From: Scenedesmus sp. PABB004
Lineage: Eukaryota
DNA length: 64,000 nt
Assembly (NCBI GenBank): GCA_014905635.1
Contig: JABVCE010000021.1
Span: forward strand, 310,001-374,000
Reading direction: 5' to 3'
In this document: positions 45,501 to 57,867 of the stretch, one piece after another
Layout of the letters: each line of letters begins with the position of its first letter
How positions within the stretch are numbered: position 1 is the first letter of the stretch
Notes under the pieces: model-generated
What the model saw: only the letters and a program-made list of their open reading frames with translations
Databases searched by the model: none
Told to the model about the DNA's origin: nothing
Position numbers and translations under genes: made by a program

Positions 45501-47951
45501 CCGCCGAGGCGCAGCGCCGCCGCCAGCAGGAGGCGGAGAAGAAGGCTGCCGAGGCGCGCGCGGCGCAGGCAGACGCCGCGCGCCGCAAGCAGGAGGAGGC
45601 GCGCGCGGCGGCCGCCGAGGCGGCTCGCCGCAAGCAGGACGAGGCGCGGGCCGCGGCCGAGGCGCAGCGCCGCAAGCAGGAGGAGGCGCGGGCCGCGGCG
45701 GCGGAGGCCGCGCGCCGCAAGCAGGAGGAGGCGCGGGCCGCGGCGGCCGAGGCCGCGCGCCGCAAGCAGGAGGAGGCGCGGGCTGCGGCGGCCGAGGCCG
45801 CGCGCCGCAAGCAGGAGGAGGCGCGGGCCGCGGCGGCCGAGGCCGCGCGCAAGAAGCAGGAGGTGCGGCGGCCCGCCGCCCGCCCGCCCGCTCGCCCGTC
45901 CGACTGCTCTGCACCCGCAGCCCCTCGCTCTGTCCTGCCCTGCTGCAGCCTGTGCACAAGAGCCTGCCTGACGCTGCCCGCGGCCCCCGCCTGCCCGTCT
46001 GATCGCTGCAGGCTGAGGCGCGTGCCAAGGCCGAGGCCGCCGCGAAGGCCAAGGCGGAGCAGCAGCGCACGGCGGAGGAGGCGCGCGCGGCGGCCGCCGA
46101 GGCGGCGCGCAAGAAGCAGGTGCGATGCGGGCGGCGGCGTGCCGGGCTCTTGCGGCAGCCGCAGCCGCTCCAGGTCCGCCAACGTGCTCTGCGCCCCCGC
46201 TGCTTGCACAGGAGGAGGCCCGCGCCAAGGCCGAGGCGGCCAAGAAGGCGGCCGAGGAGCAGAAGCGCCAGCAGGAGGCTGCGCGCGCTGCGGCGGCCGA
46301 GGCCGCACGCCGCAAGCAGGAGGAGGCGCGCGCGGCGGCCGCTGAGGCTGCGCGCAAGAAGCAGGTGTGATGCGCGGCGGGTCAGCGGCGCGGCAGCAGC
46401 GCCTCCCCGCAGTCTGCGCCAGCTGCAGTTGCGGCTGCCTCACCCGCCGCTCGCTGCTGCTCGCAGGAGGAGGCCCGCGCCAAGGCTGAGGCCTCGGCCA
46501 AGGCCCAGGCCGAGCAGAAGCGCAAGGCGGAGGAGGCGCGCGCGGCGGCTGCCGAGGCCGCGCGCAAGAAGCAGGTGCGGCCGGGCACCCAGCAGTCTGC
46601 GCCAGCTGCAGTTGCGGCTGCCTCACCCGCCGCTCGCTGTCGCTCACAGGAGGAGGCCCGCGCCAAGGCTGAGGCCTCGGCCAAGGCCCAGGCCGAGCAG
46701 AAGCGCAAGGCGGAGGAGGCGCGCGCGGCGGCTGCCGAGGCCGCGCGCAAGAAGCAGGTGTGATGCGCGGCGGGTCAGCGGCGCGGCAGCAGCGCCTCCC
46801 CGCAGTCTGCGCCAGCTGCAGTTGCGGCTGCCTCACCCGCCGCTCGCTGCTGCTCGCAGGAGGAGGCCCGCGCCAAGGCTGAGGCCTCGGCCAAGGCCCA
46901 GGCCGAGCAGAAGCGCAAGGCGGAGGAGGCGCGCGCGGCGGCTGCCGAGGCCGCGCGCAAGAAGCAGGTGCGGCCGGGCACCCAGCAGTCTGCGCCAGCT
47001 GCAGTTGCGGCTGCCTCACCCGCCGCTCGCTGTCGCTCACAGGAGGAGGCCCGCGCCAAGGCTGAGGCCTCGGCCAAGGCCCAGGCCGAGCAGAAGCGCA
47101 AGGCGGAGGAGGCGCGCGCGGCGGCTGCCGAGGCCGCGCGCAAGAAGCAGGTGCGATGCGCGGCGCGGCAGCGGCGCGGCAGCGGCGCGGCAGCGGCGCC
47201 TCCCCGCAGTCTGCGCCAGCTGCAGTTTCGGCTGCCTCACCCCGCCGCTCGCTACTGCTCGCAGGAGGAGGCCCGCGCCAAGGCTGAGGCCGCGGCCAAG
47301 GCCCAGGCCGAGCAGAAGCGCAAGGCGGAGGAGGCGCGCGCGGCGGCCGCCGAGGCCGCGCGCAAGAAGCAGGTGCGCGTCGGCTGCTGGCGTGCCAGGC
47401 AGGGTGCCGGGCACGGCGGCTGCCGCTGCTGTTTCGCTGCCGCCCTCACCCGCCCGCGACTCCCGGCGCCCCTGCTGCCCCTGCAGGAGGAGGCCCGCGC
47501 CAAGGCCGAGGCCGCGGCCAAGGCCAAGGCCGAGGCCGCCGCGAAGGCCAAGGCGGAGCAGCAGCGCAAGGCCGAGGAGGCGCGCGCCGCGGCGGCCAAG
47601 GCCGCCGCCGCCAAGGCCGGCACGCAGGTCCGCGGCGGCTCGCAGACGGTGCGGCCCGGCACCGCCAAGGTCGCCAGCGGCACCCAGAAGGCCGGCACGC
47701 AGAAGGCCGGCACCCAGAAGGCCGGCACCCAGAAGCTCGGCACCCAGAAGCTCGGCACCCAGAAGGTGCGCCGCGGTGGCGCTCGCTGGCGCCTGCGCAG
47801 CCGGGAGCGCGCCGCGTCGCGGGCCGCGCCGCTCTCGCTCACCGACGCCGCCGCTGCTGCTTGCCGCCGCCGCCGCGGCGCGCAGACGTCGCGGCCCAGC
47901 AGCGACGAGGGCGGCAGCCGCGGCTTCATCTCTTTCGGGCCCCGGCGGTGA
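42525..47951 (+). CDS. pTAC16/TIC62-like plastid NAD(P)-binding Rossmann protein with a long repetitive C-terminal extension
   Basis: Transit peptide, then LFVAG|AEGTAALRLIKDLALAGEKVVAG|VADLEAG...AKKYELL...NIRLVELDYSD|PEALAGAL...VVVV, which resembles the pTAC16 N-domain. It continues with polyE/LFxFG exons, E/A/R/K coiled-coil exons and GTQK repeats. Confidence 0.7.
46365..47150 (+). repeat. 393-bp tandem duplication (intron-exon-intron-exon unit) inside the pTAC16-like gene
   Basis: 46365-46757 and 46758-47150 read the same by eye. Each unit holds two 108-nt exons. The ORF track shows identical ORFs 393 nt apart (46382 and 46775). Confidence 0.93.
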
Positions 47952-48498
47952 AGGGCTGCGCTTGAAGCGGCGGGCGGGGGGGAGTTGATGACGCGCGCGC
48001 GGCACGCTGCTGCTGCAGCCAGCAGGGGCGGGGTGTGGCTGGGTGCAAGGGCAGCGTTCTGGTGGGTGCGTGTTTGTGTGTGTGTGCGGGCGTACGCGTA
48101 GGTGGCGTCGTGGACCGGACCGGACCGTGAGGCGGCGCGCTGGTGTCGGCCCGCGCCGCGATTTTGGTGTGCGCGCGCGGGCGCGGGCAAGAGAGATGAT
48201 GACGACGGAGGAGGAGACGCCAACAGGGCGTAGAGCAACCTGAGCGCGTGTGGGCCGCGACGGCGCCGAGTGCTGGGTCACCGCGGCGGTGCAGCGGCTG
48301 CTGCGCCCTGCCGCGACGCGCGCCGCCGCCGCCGGTGGCCGAATCGCAGCCCCCGCACGATCTCGGCCGACAGCTGCGTCACCGCCCGGATTGGCGCGGG
48401 TGTGCGCAAAGCTTCAGAGCGCGCAGAGCGAAGACGATCGCATGGCTCGGGCGCCCTCTTGACGCCGCGGCGGGTCGGCTGCGATCCCACTCGGCGCG

Positions 48499-49806
48499 AT
48501 GGACCGCCTGGCGCGCCGCGCCACCGCCCTGGCCGCGGGCGGGCGGTTGGCGCGCCTGCTGGCGACGCCGGCGGCCTGGCGCAGCGGCCTCGCCGGCCTC
48601 GGCGGCCTCCCCGCGCCGCAGCTCGGCGCGGCGGTCGGCCAGGCCGCGTACGCCAGCTCTGCCGCGCCGGAGAGCGAGGTGGAGGAGCACGACGTCGCGG
48701 CAGCAGCGCGGGAGCTGGGCCTGGGCGGGGTGCGCCTGGGCGAGCTGCGAGGTGGGCGCCGCGCGCCGGCAGCTGAGCGCCGTGGCGCCTGCATGGCGCG
48801 CCTGTCACGCGCCTGGCTGCGCAGCGGCGCCGATCGGGACCGGCGCGGCGCGGCGCGGCGCGGCGCGGCAACAGCGGCAGCAGCGGCCGCCGCTGCCGAG
48901 CGCCGCCGCCGACCGCCGCGCAGAGATGATGGCGGCCGCGCTGCCCCGCGACGACGACGACACGCTGGAGGTGCCGCAGGCGCCGGCCAAGCTGAAGCGG
49001 CTGACCTACTCGGACGTGCAGGTCCGCCGCGCGCGATTTCTGCGGCGTCTCCGCCGCGCCGCGGCAGCGCGTGGGAGGGGTCGGGCCGACCCGGGCCCCG
49101 CGCGCCGCCCCCGCCCTGCGCGCGCAGGGCTACAGCGAGGTGCTGGAGCAGCTGGTGGGCCTGCCGGAGAGCCACGGCCGCGTGATGCCTCGCGCGCCCG
49201 CGCTGGACGCGGGGCAGTGGGTGGACGCCCACTTCAAGCAGGTGCGGCGCGGGCGCTGCGCGGTGGCGAATCACTCAATTGATCAGTCCTGTGCCGCGGG
49301 CAGCGGCGGCGCTCGCAGCTTGCGGGCCGCCGCCGGTCGGGGGCCGCGCGCCCACCAGCGCTGCGCCGCCGCGCGCCGCAGGAGGGGTTGGGCTTTGAGC
49401 CGCGCAGCGGCTTCTTCGCGTGGCGCGCGTGGGCGGCGGCGGCGCTGCCGTGCGAGCAGGTGGAGACGCTGTTCGCGACGCACGAGGCGATGGCGGACGA
49501 CGTCCAGCGCGCGGCGATCCTCAAGCAGGCGCAGCACGTGAGCCGCGCAGGCCCGCCGCCGCAGGCCTCGGCGGCGGCGGCGGCGCCTGCGTCCGCTGAC
49601 CGCGGCCCGCGCGCCGCGCGCTGCGCGCCACGCCCGCCGCGCAGGAGCTGGCGCGGCTGTGGGACTGGCAGCACAGGCGCGCGGCGCTGGGGCTCAGCCC
49701 CGACCTCGACTCCGCCGCGCCGCCGGCGGGCGCGGACGCCGGCGCCCCAACGGCTGCGGCGGCAGCAGCGGCTGCCACGGAGGCGTCGGAGGACAGCAGC
49801 AGCAGC

Positions 49807-49844
<38 letters not shown>

Positions 49845-52800
49845 TGACGACGAGGCGGCCGCCACTGCCGCGGACGCGTTTGCGGCCAAGGGCATGCTGG
49901 AGCTGCTCGGCGCGAGCGGCGCGCTCACGCGGGAGCCGCCGCCGCCGCCGTCCGCCGCCGACGCGCTCGACGCGACGCTAGCAGGCGCCGCCGGCGCGGC
50001 GGCCGCGGCGGGCCTGCCCGGCGGCGGCTGGGCGGCGGCGGTGGAGGACGTCGTGGCGACCGCCCGGCCGCCCGGGGGCGGCGCGGGCGAGGAGCAGCAG
50101 AACAGTGCGTGCAGCACGCCGGGCTTGGCCGGCGCGAGCCGTACGGCGCTGCGCCCGCTCAACGGCCCGCCCCGCCGCGCCGCGCGGCGCCGCCGCAGAG
50201 GAGGTGCTGCGGCGCGTGCGCGCCGACAAGCAGCTCGTGGCCAACACGCTCGCGGCGGTGCAGGCCAAGCTGCGCGCGGGGCAGCGCACCGCCGACCGCG
50301 GGCGCTTCCGGCGCTCCGCAGGTGACGCGCGGCGCCGGTGCGCCGTGCGGGCCGCCGAGGGGCTGAGCCTGCCGCTCACAGCGCGCTGCTCGCCCGCGCC
50401 GCGCAGACGTGCCCGTGCGGCAGTATCAGCCGGTCGCGCACGACGACGACCTGTTCTTGCCCACGCGCCCGCTCGGCAGCGCCAAGGCGCGGCGCCGCCG
50501 CCGCTGCACGCGCGCGCTCGCCGCCGCGACCGCGCCGCCGTCGCCGCGGTCGGCGCGGCCCGCGCGCGCCGCGCCGACGCGCCGCGCCGCGCCGCAGGTC
50601 GCGGCGCTGCTCGCGGACGGCGCGCGCGTGCGGGCGGTCGACCCGGACAAGGTCGTGCGCCAGGCGGTGGCCATCGCCGAGGCGGGCAAGCGTGCGGCGG
50701 CGGCGTCAGCGGCCGCGGGCGGCATCGGCATCGGCGCCGCGGAGTGCACCGAGTGGAGCAGCATGCCGCTGCTCGACCGCAGCATCCTGCACAAGCAGCG
50801 CCTGGCTGAGGCGGCCGAGCGGCTCGCGGCCAAGCCCAAGCGGCAGCAGTGCGCGCGCGGCGCGCGGCGCCGCTGGCGGTGCGCGCGGCCCCCGACCGAC
50901 CGCGCCCGGCTGCGCCCGGCCGCGCCGCAGGCCCTGGACCCTGCTGCCGCTGGACGAATACACCTTCAAACTGGAGGTGCGCACGCCCTCACCGCCGCCA
51001 GCGCGCGCGCGCCGACGCCCGCGCCCCGTCCCGCGCCCCATCCCGCACCCGCGCGCCCACGGCCGCCAACGCCGCGCCGCGCCGCCGCCCGCGTCGCCGC
51101 GCAGGTGCGGCCGCCCACGCCGAGCCTGGACCTCGTCACGGCCTACCTGGAGGTGCGCTACGCCGACATGCTGCTGCGCAGGGACGCGGTGCGCACGCTG
51201 CACCGCCAGCTTGCGGCGCAGCGCCTCGCCGACGGCGGCGCCGCGGCGAGCGAGGCGGCCGAGTCCCCGCCGGCCGCGCTGTCGGCGGCGCGGCTGCTAA
51301 GCGCGGCGGAGCGCGAGGGGATCACGGCGCGCCTCGACGCGCTGCTGGGCGGCGGGGCGCACGACGAGTACCGCAGCGCGGCCCTGCAGCTCTATTGCGA
51401 CGGCCTCATCGCGTGGGGCGAGCTCCAGGAGTGCTGGGCGGCTGCCGAGGCAGCGGAGGAGCTCGCGGCGGCCGCTGCGGCGCCGCCCGCGTTTGCGGGT
51501 GCGCGCCCGGGCCGCGCCGCGCGCCCGCGGCCCGCGGCCGCCCCGAGGAGCGACGTGCCTTCGCGCTGACGCCCGCCGCCGCCGCCGCCGCCCTCCGCGA
51601 CGCAGCCGACCGCGCGCAGCTGTTCGCCGTACTCAGCGGGCAGCGGCAGCTCGGCAGCCTCACGGCCGCCAACCCGGCGGCGCCGGCGGGCCTGGCGCTG
51701 AGCGCGGCGGACGAGGCGGCCGCGCGCAAGCTGTGGGACGGGGCCGGCGCGACGCTCGCGGGCGCGTGGGCCGACGCGGCGCGCGCGGCGCACGAGGCCG
51801 ACGGCGCCGGCGGCAGGGACGCGTGGGGCCAGCCCGTCAGCTTTGACGAGGCCCGCCGCACGTGGCAGCAGCTGCTGCAGCTCGCGGGCCAGCCGGACGG
51901 CCTGCGCCTGGAGCAGGTGCTGCTGGCGGGCGGCGGCACCGCCTCAGAGCAGGCCGCGCTGCAGGCGCGGCTCGGCAAGCTTCAGGCCGCGCTCGCGGAG
52001 CGCACCGGCCTGGGCGGCGCGGGCGCGCTCGCGGCGGACGACTTTGCGCAGCTGCGCGAGCTCTGCGCCGCGCCGCCGAGCCTGGAGGAGCACCTCGAGC
52101 AGCACCTGGCGCGGGTCGCACGCGAGGAGCTGGGCGCCGAGCCCGCGTGGGAGGGCCCCGCGTGGCAGCGGCTGTGGCAGCTCGTCGCCGCGCTCACGCG
52201 CGCGCAGAAGGAGGAGGCTGCGGCCGGCGGCGGCCGCGGCGGCGCCGCCCCCGGCGTCGACGCCGCCGCGCTGCTGGACCAGGCCCTGCAGGAGGCGGAG
52301 GTGTCGCCGCTCACGCCACCGCCCTACCCGGGTGCGCTGCGCCGCGCTGCGGAGCGCTGCGCCGGCCCTGCTTGTGCGGCGCCCCCGCCGCGCCGCCGGC
52401 CGCGCCGCAACCCCTGCTGCCCCCTCCCCTGTTGCCGGCCGTGCAGGCGCGCGGCGGCTGCTGCGCTGGGAGCAGCGCATCGTGCTGGGCCCGACGAGCG
52501 GGCAGACCGTCACGTCTGCGGAGCTCAAGGTCAGGCTGCGCGTGAGCGCCGCCGAGCTCGCGGCCGAGGCGGGCCTGAGCGCGCCGGCGCTGCAGCGCGT
52601 GCTGGAGGTCGCCGGCAAGCGGTGAGCGGCGCGGGCGTGGGCAAGCGCGCGGGGCGCCGCGGCGCGATCGCCGCTGAATCGGCGGCACTGCGCGCGCGCT
52701 CACGGCCGCCCGCGCGCCCGCGCGCAGGTACGACCCAGCGTCGGGCCTGCTCACGCTCGTCTGCGACCGCTTCCCCACGCGCGAGGAGAACCGCAGCTTC

Positions 52801-52929
52801 TGCCTGGAGCTGCTGCACCGCCTGCTGCGCGAGGGCAACGCGGCGCACCCGAGCCCTGGCTTCCTGCTCGACCGCGTCGCCGGCGCTGGCGGCGCGGATG
52901 CCGCCGCCCAGCTCGCGGCGGCGCCTTGA
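48499..52929 (+). CDS. Mitochondrial small-subunit ribosomal protein mS35 (MRP-S28 domain) with large N-terminal extension
   Basis: C-terminal KVRLRVSAAEL...LS...LQRVLEVAGKR|YDPASGLLTLVCDRFPTREENRSFCLELLHRLLREG is the mS35 signature. N-terminus resembles a mitochondrial presequence. About 12 introns; internal exon boundaries are less certain. Confidence 0.75.
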
Positions 52930-53331
52930 GCGAGGCTGGGTCCCCCAGCGCCAGCGCTCTGGTCGGGAGGTATCGCTGTTTGCGCCCTGGGCTCGGCCGT
53001 GCCCCGCGCTGCTGCTCCCGGCGTCGTCGCCCGGGCGCGGCGGCGGCCTGTTTGCGGCGGCGCAGCCCGCGCGGCGCCGGGTGCGGTGCTGCCGACCGAC
53101 CGAGCGCGGAGAGTGGGGCGGCGGGCGCGTTGGACACGGACCGGGATGTTACTGCTCAAACCCGGCTGTCACCTCGCGCCCGTGACCCCGCCCGGCCGCG
53201 CCGCCCATCCCAGGCAGTCGCCAGAGCACAGGCCGCAGCTGGTGACCGCTCGCCCGCGCCGCGCCGTCCCCGCGGGCTCGCCAACAACCGCATCCCATTG
53301 TTGTGCCCCTGCCTCCGGGCGCGCGGGCGCC

Positions 53332-56293
53332 ATGAGCCGGCGCACGACGCTGGCGCCGCTGGCGCCGCTCAGTCCCAACGCGCTGAACTCGCGCCAGAGC
53401 CTGGCGCCGGGCAAGGAGGGCCTGCGCAAGGACGGCGGCGGCGGCGCCGGGGGCGTCGGCATCGCCGGCCCCCCCGGCCGCCCCAGCCTCAAGCCCGGCG
53501 CGGGACGGCCCAGCGTGGTGCCGCGCCCCGGCGAGCGGGCGAGCGGCATGGGCCCGGACCGGCGCAGCAGCGCGTTTGGCAAGGCCGGCGGCGGCGTGAA
53601 GGCCGACCCGCGCCCGCTGAACGACAAGAACTTCTTCAACGGCTGCATCCGCACCATCATCGCCTACGCCTCCACGCACGGCTACCCGTACGCGCTCAGC
53701 CCCAAGGTCCTCACCAGCCCCACGGGCAAGGACTTTGCGCAGCTCGCGTTCTGGCTCTTCACCCGCTTCGACCCCACGCTCAAGGCCTTTGGCAAGGTCG
53801 AGGACGAGGTCCCCCTCTTCTTCAAGCGCATCGCGTACCCCTTCCAGCTCTCCAAGAGCGCGCTCTTCGCCGTCGGGTCGCCGCACTCCTGGCCCAGCGT
53901 GCTCGCCGCGCTCGAGTGGCTCGTCGAGCTGCTCAACTATGACGACAAGGCGGTGCGCCCGCTTGCCGCCGCCGCCGCCGCCGCCACAGTCGCCACAGTC
54001 GCGGGGCATGTGCTGCCTGCGGCGCGCAGGCAGCACGCCCGCGCGCCCGCACCGGCGCGCCCGCGCCGCTGCCGCCGCCGCCGCGCAGGAGGAGGCGGCG
54101 GGCAGCCAGTTTGATGAGAAGGCGCGCAGCGAGCGCCAGTTCTTTGTCTACGCCTCGACCGCGTACCGCTACTTCCTGGCCGGCGACGACGCGCGCGCCG
54201 CCGCGGCGGACGAGGAGATGCTCGGCCAGTTCCGCGAGCGCCAGGCCGCGCTGCTCGACAGCAACGCGGCGCTCAAGCAGGCGCGGCGGCGGCGGCGGCG
54301 GCAGGCCGGCGGCGACGGCCACCCCGACGGCCCTGCAGCGCGCGGTGCGCGCGGCTCACGCCCGCCCGCCCTTGCACGCGTGCCGCGCCGCGCAGGCCAT
54401 CGACGGCCTCGCGTCCGAGGTCGACGAGCTGCGCCGCCAGCCGTCGCCGCTCGCGGCCGCGACGGCGGCCAAGCAGGAGGTGCTGGGCGACCAGCGCAAG
54501 TTCAAGGAGGTCATCGCCGGCAACCAGGTGAGCCTGCGGCCGCGCCACGGCGGGAGCGGCCGGCGCGGCCCTCGCCGCCCTCGCCTCGTCCACGTGCTCA
54601 CCAGCGCTGCCCGCCCGCCCGCGCCGCGCGCGCAGGCGCAGCGCGCGAGCCTGCAGAAGAAGCTGGAGGAGCGCCAGGCGGACCTGGAGGCCAAGCGCGC
54701 CGCGCTCGCGGCCGTGCGCGCGGGTGCGGCGGCGGCGCCCGGCAGCGCAGGCGCCCCGGCATGCCCCCGCCGCCCCTGCATGCCCCCGCCGCCCCTGCAT
54801 GCCCCCCGCCGCCGCTGCCGCCCGACTCCCGCCGCCTGCGCCGACCCCCTCCGGCAGACAACGAGGGCCTCGCGGCGCGCGTGGCGGGGCAGAGCCTCAG
54901 CAAAGCAGACGTCAACCGCATGGTGGCGGAGAGGTGCGGCCGCGGCGCTGCGCTCCCTCCTGGCGGCCAGCCGCGGCTGCGGCGGCGGCGGCGGCGGCAG
55001 TGCGCGCGCTGACCGCGGCGGTGGCCCGACGCCGCCGGCGGGCGCAGGTCGAAGCAGAAGGGCCTGCTGGAGGGCGTCGTCGCGCAGCGCGAGTCGCTGC
55101 AGCAGCGCCTCTACCAGGCGGAGGTGCAGGTGAGGCACACAGGGCGGCGGCTCAGGGCCGCTTGTCCTCCCCCCCCCCCTGCCTGGCCGTGCCAGGGCGC
55201 GCCGCGCCCGCCGCCGCCGGCGCTCGCTCACCGCGGCACCGCGCCGCCCGCGCGTCAGCTGGAGTCGTGCCTGAACGGCCTGGAGGAGCGGCTGCGCCAG
55301 TACCACAGCGCCTGCCACCGCCTGGGCCTGCTGCCCGCGAGCGCCAAGCGCGCGGGCGGCGTGAGCTACGACATGGCGCTGCACCGCGCCGCCGCCAGCC
55401 AGGCGGAGCTCATCAGCGGCGACATCAAGGCGCGGCGCCGGCGCGGCGCCGGCGCGGCGCAGCGCGCGGCAGGCGGCACGCGCAGGGCAAGCGTGGGTGG
55501 GCGCCGACCCCGTCGCCGCGCCCGCCCCCGCGCCGTCGCCGCCGCTCTCGCCGCGCAGGGCGTGATCCGGCCGGGGCTGCTGTCGCTGCGCGAGCGCTAC
55601 CGCCTGCGCGGCCGCGAGCTCGCGGAGGACGGGCTGGTGCTGGCGGAGCAGCTGGACGCGGCGCGCGAGGCCAACGCGGAGCGGCAGGAGGAGCTCGCCA
55701 GCCTGCGCCGCCAGGTGGGTAGGGGGGCCCCGCACCGCGCGGCCAGCCGCCGCAGCCGCCCGCGCAGCCCGCGCTGCCTGGCCCCGCGAGCACCGCGCCC
55801 GCCGCGCGCCAGGTGTCTGTCGCGGAGGAGCGCCACCGCGGGCTGAAGGAGGCGCTGGACGTCGACATCGCCTCGATCGGGGGCCACGCCGAGAAGATCA
55901 AGGGCGAGGTCTCGTGCCTGCGCAACGCGATGCTCTCGCGCCTGCTCGACGCCGAGGAGCGCCTGCGCGGCGCCAAGGCGGAGCTCGAGGCGGCGCAGAA
56001 GTGCGGCGGCGGCGGCGCGTGCCGGGGGGCTCGCGCCGGGGGGCTCGCGCCGGGGGGCTCGCGGCGGCGCCGCGCATGCGCGCGCGCTCACGCTGCCGCG
56101 CCGCGCCGCTCGCGCGCGCGCCGCCCCCAGGCGCTGCGCGGCAGAGGTGGAGGAGCTCGACCACGCGGTCATGGCGGCGGCGGAGCTGCTGCTGCAGCAC
56201 GCGGCGAGCATGCGCGCGGGCGTGCAGGACGTCGCCAGCGCGGTCGGCGGCATCGCGCACGAGGTGCAGGCGGCGGAGCAGGCCGTGTGCTGA
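53332..56293 (+). CDS. NDC80: Kinetochore protein NDC80/HEC1
   Basis: DPRPLNDKNF, LTSPTGKDF, FKRIAYPFQLSKSALFAVGSPHSWPSVLAALEWLVEL (NDC80 CH domain), followed by coiled-coil exons and a loop region (DIK|GVIRPGL). Confidence 0.93.
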
Positions 56294-56546
56294 GGCGGCC
56301 GCCGGCCGGGCAGTTGATCGCGGCGCGACTTGATGACCCCCCTCCTGACAGCTCACCCCCTGACCAGGCCCGCATTTCATTGTGCAACACGCTCCGACCG
56401 TTCGCGCGCCGCGGCGCAGGCCCTTGGCGCAGAACCGCCGCGCCGCCGCTGGCTCGCAGAACAGCGCTGGCACACGCTCCGCGACCGCGAGCACGCGAGC
56501 CAGCTCCCTCCGCTGTGGCACGACCGCCGCTCCGCCGCCGGCAGCG

Positions 56547-57809
56547 ATGCACGCCCTGCGCAGCCGCGGCGCCACCAAGCTCAGCACCGCCCAGGCCGCG
56601 GCGCCGCTCTTCCGCGCCGCGCACCTTCCCCGCGCCGCCAAGCCGGCTGCGCAGCGAAGGTGGGGCCCGGCGGCGGCGGCGCGGCCGCAGCAGCGGCGTG
56701 TGTGGTCGGCGCGGCGGCGGGGCCCGCGAGCGCAGGCCCGGGCGCTCGCGTGGCGCTGAAGCCCCGCCCTCACGCAATGCGCCCCGGCCGCCCTCGCAGG
56801 AGCATGTCGTGCGCCGCGGGCGGCGCGGCGGCGTCGGCCGCGCTGCTCGACCGCGTGCGCGGCGCGCTGTGGGGTGCGTGCGCACGCGGCGCGGCCCCCG
56901 CGCGGCCGCCGCCTCGCCGCACGCACCGCACTGCGCAGGCGGCCCCGCCGCGCGCTGCGGCGGGCGCAAGCAAACGCACGGGGCGCCGCCCAACTCACGC
57001 CCACGCTCACGCTCCGGTGCTGGCCCGCCGCCGCTGGCTCACGCTCCAGCGCTGCCCCCCCCCCCCCCCCGCTGCTCGCCCTCCTCGCAGGCATCTTCAT
57101 CGCCGACGCGCTGTCCATGCCGGTGCACTGGTACTACGACACCGCGGCGCTGCGGCGCGACTTTGGCGAGATCACAGACTACCAGGTGCGGCGCACCGGC
57201 GGTGCAGCAGCAGGCGGGCGTTGCTTTGCGCAGCAGCGGCGGTGCACAGCAGCAGGCGAACGTTGCTTTGCGCGGCAGCGACGGTGCAGCAGCAGGAGGG
57301 CGGGACAGCGCGCGGCGCCCGGCGCGGCGGCCGCGGCGGCGCCCCAGGACCGCCGCCGCGCACGCGCGCCGCGGCGCCGCGGGCTGCACGCAGGCGCCCA
57401 AGGCGAAGCACCCGTCGAGCATCATGTCGCTCTCAAACACGGGCGGCCACGGCCGCGGCGGCCAGGGCGGGCGCATCATCGGTGCGCGCGGCGCGCGCGC
57501 CGCCGCCGCCGCGCCCGCGCCGCCGCCGCCGGCGTGAGCACCGCGCTCGACGCCGCGCCGGCGCCGCGCTCACGCCCCGCCGCCGCGCGCCCGCGCCGCC
57601 GCGGCTGGCCAGGCGACGTAATCAACCACGGCAAGCACCAGTACTGGGGCGTCCCCAACATGCACTACCACCAGGCGCGCCGCCGCCGCCGCCGCCGCCG
57701 CCGCTGCGCGCGCGCTCTGCGCTCTGCGCTCCCTCGATTGCCCGCTGCCGCGTCACCCCCCCCCCCACACACACACACACACACACACGCCCACACACGC
57801 CCACACACG

Positions 57810-57867
<58 letters not shown>

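Noticed and set aside
46365..47372. Possible CRISPR-like or mobile-element repeat array
   Set aside because: The units are coding exons with their own GT-AG introns, and the intervening sequences are homologous rather than unique.
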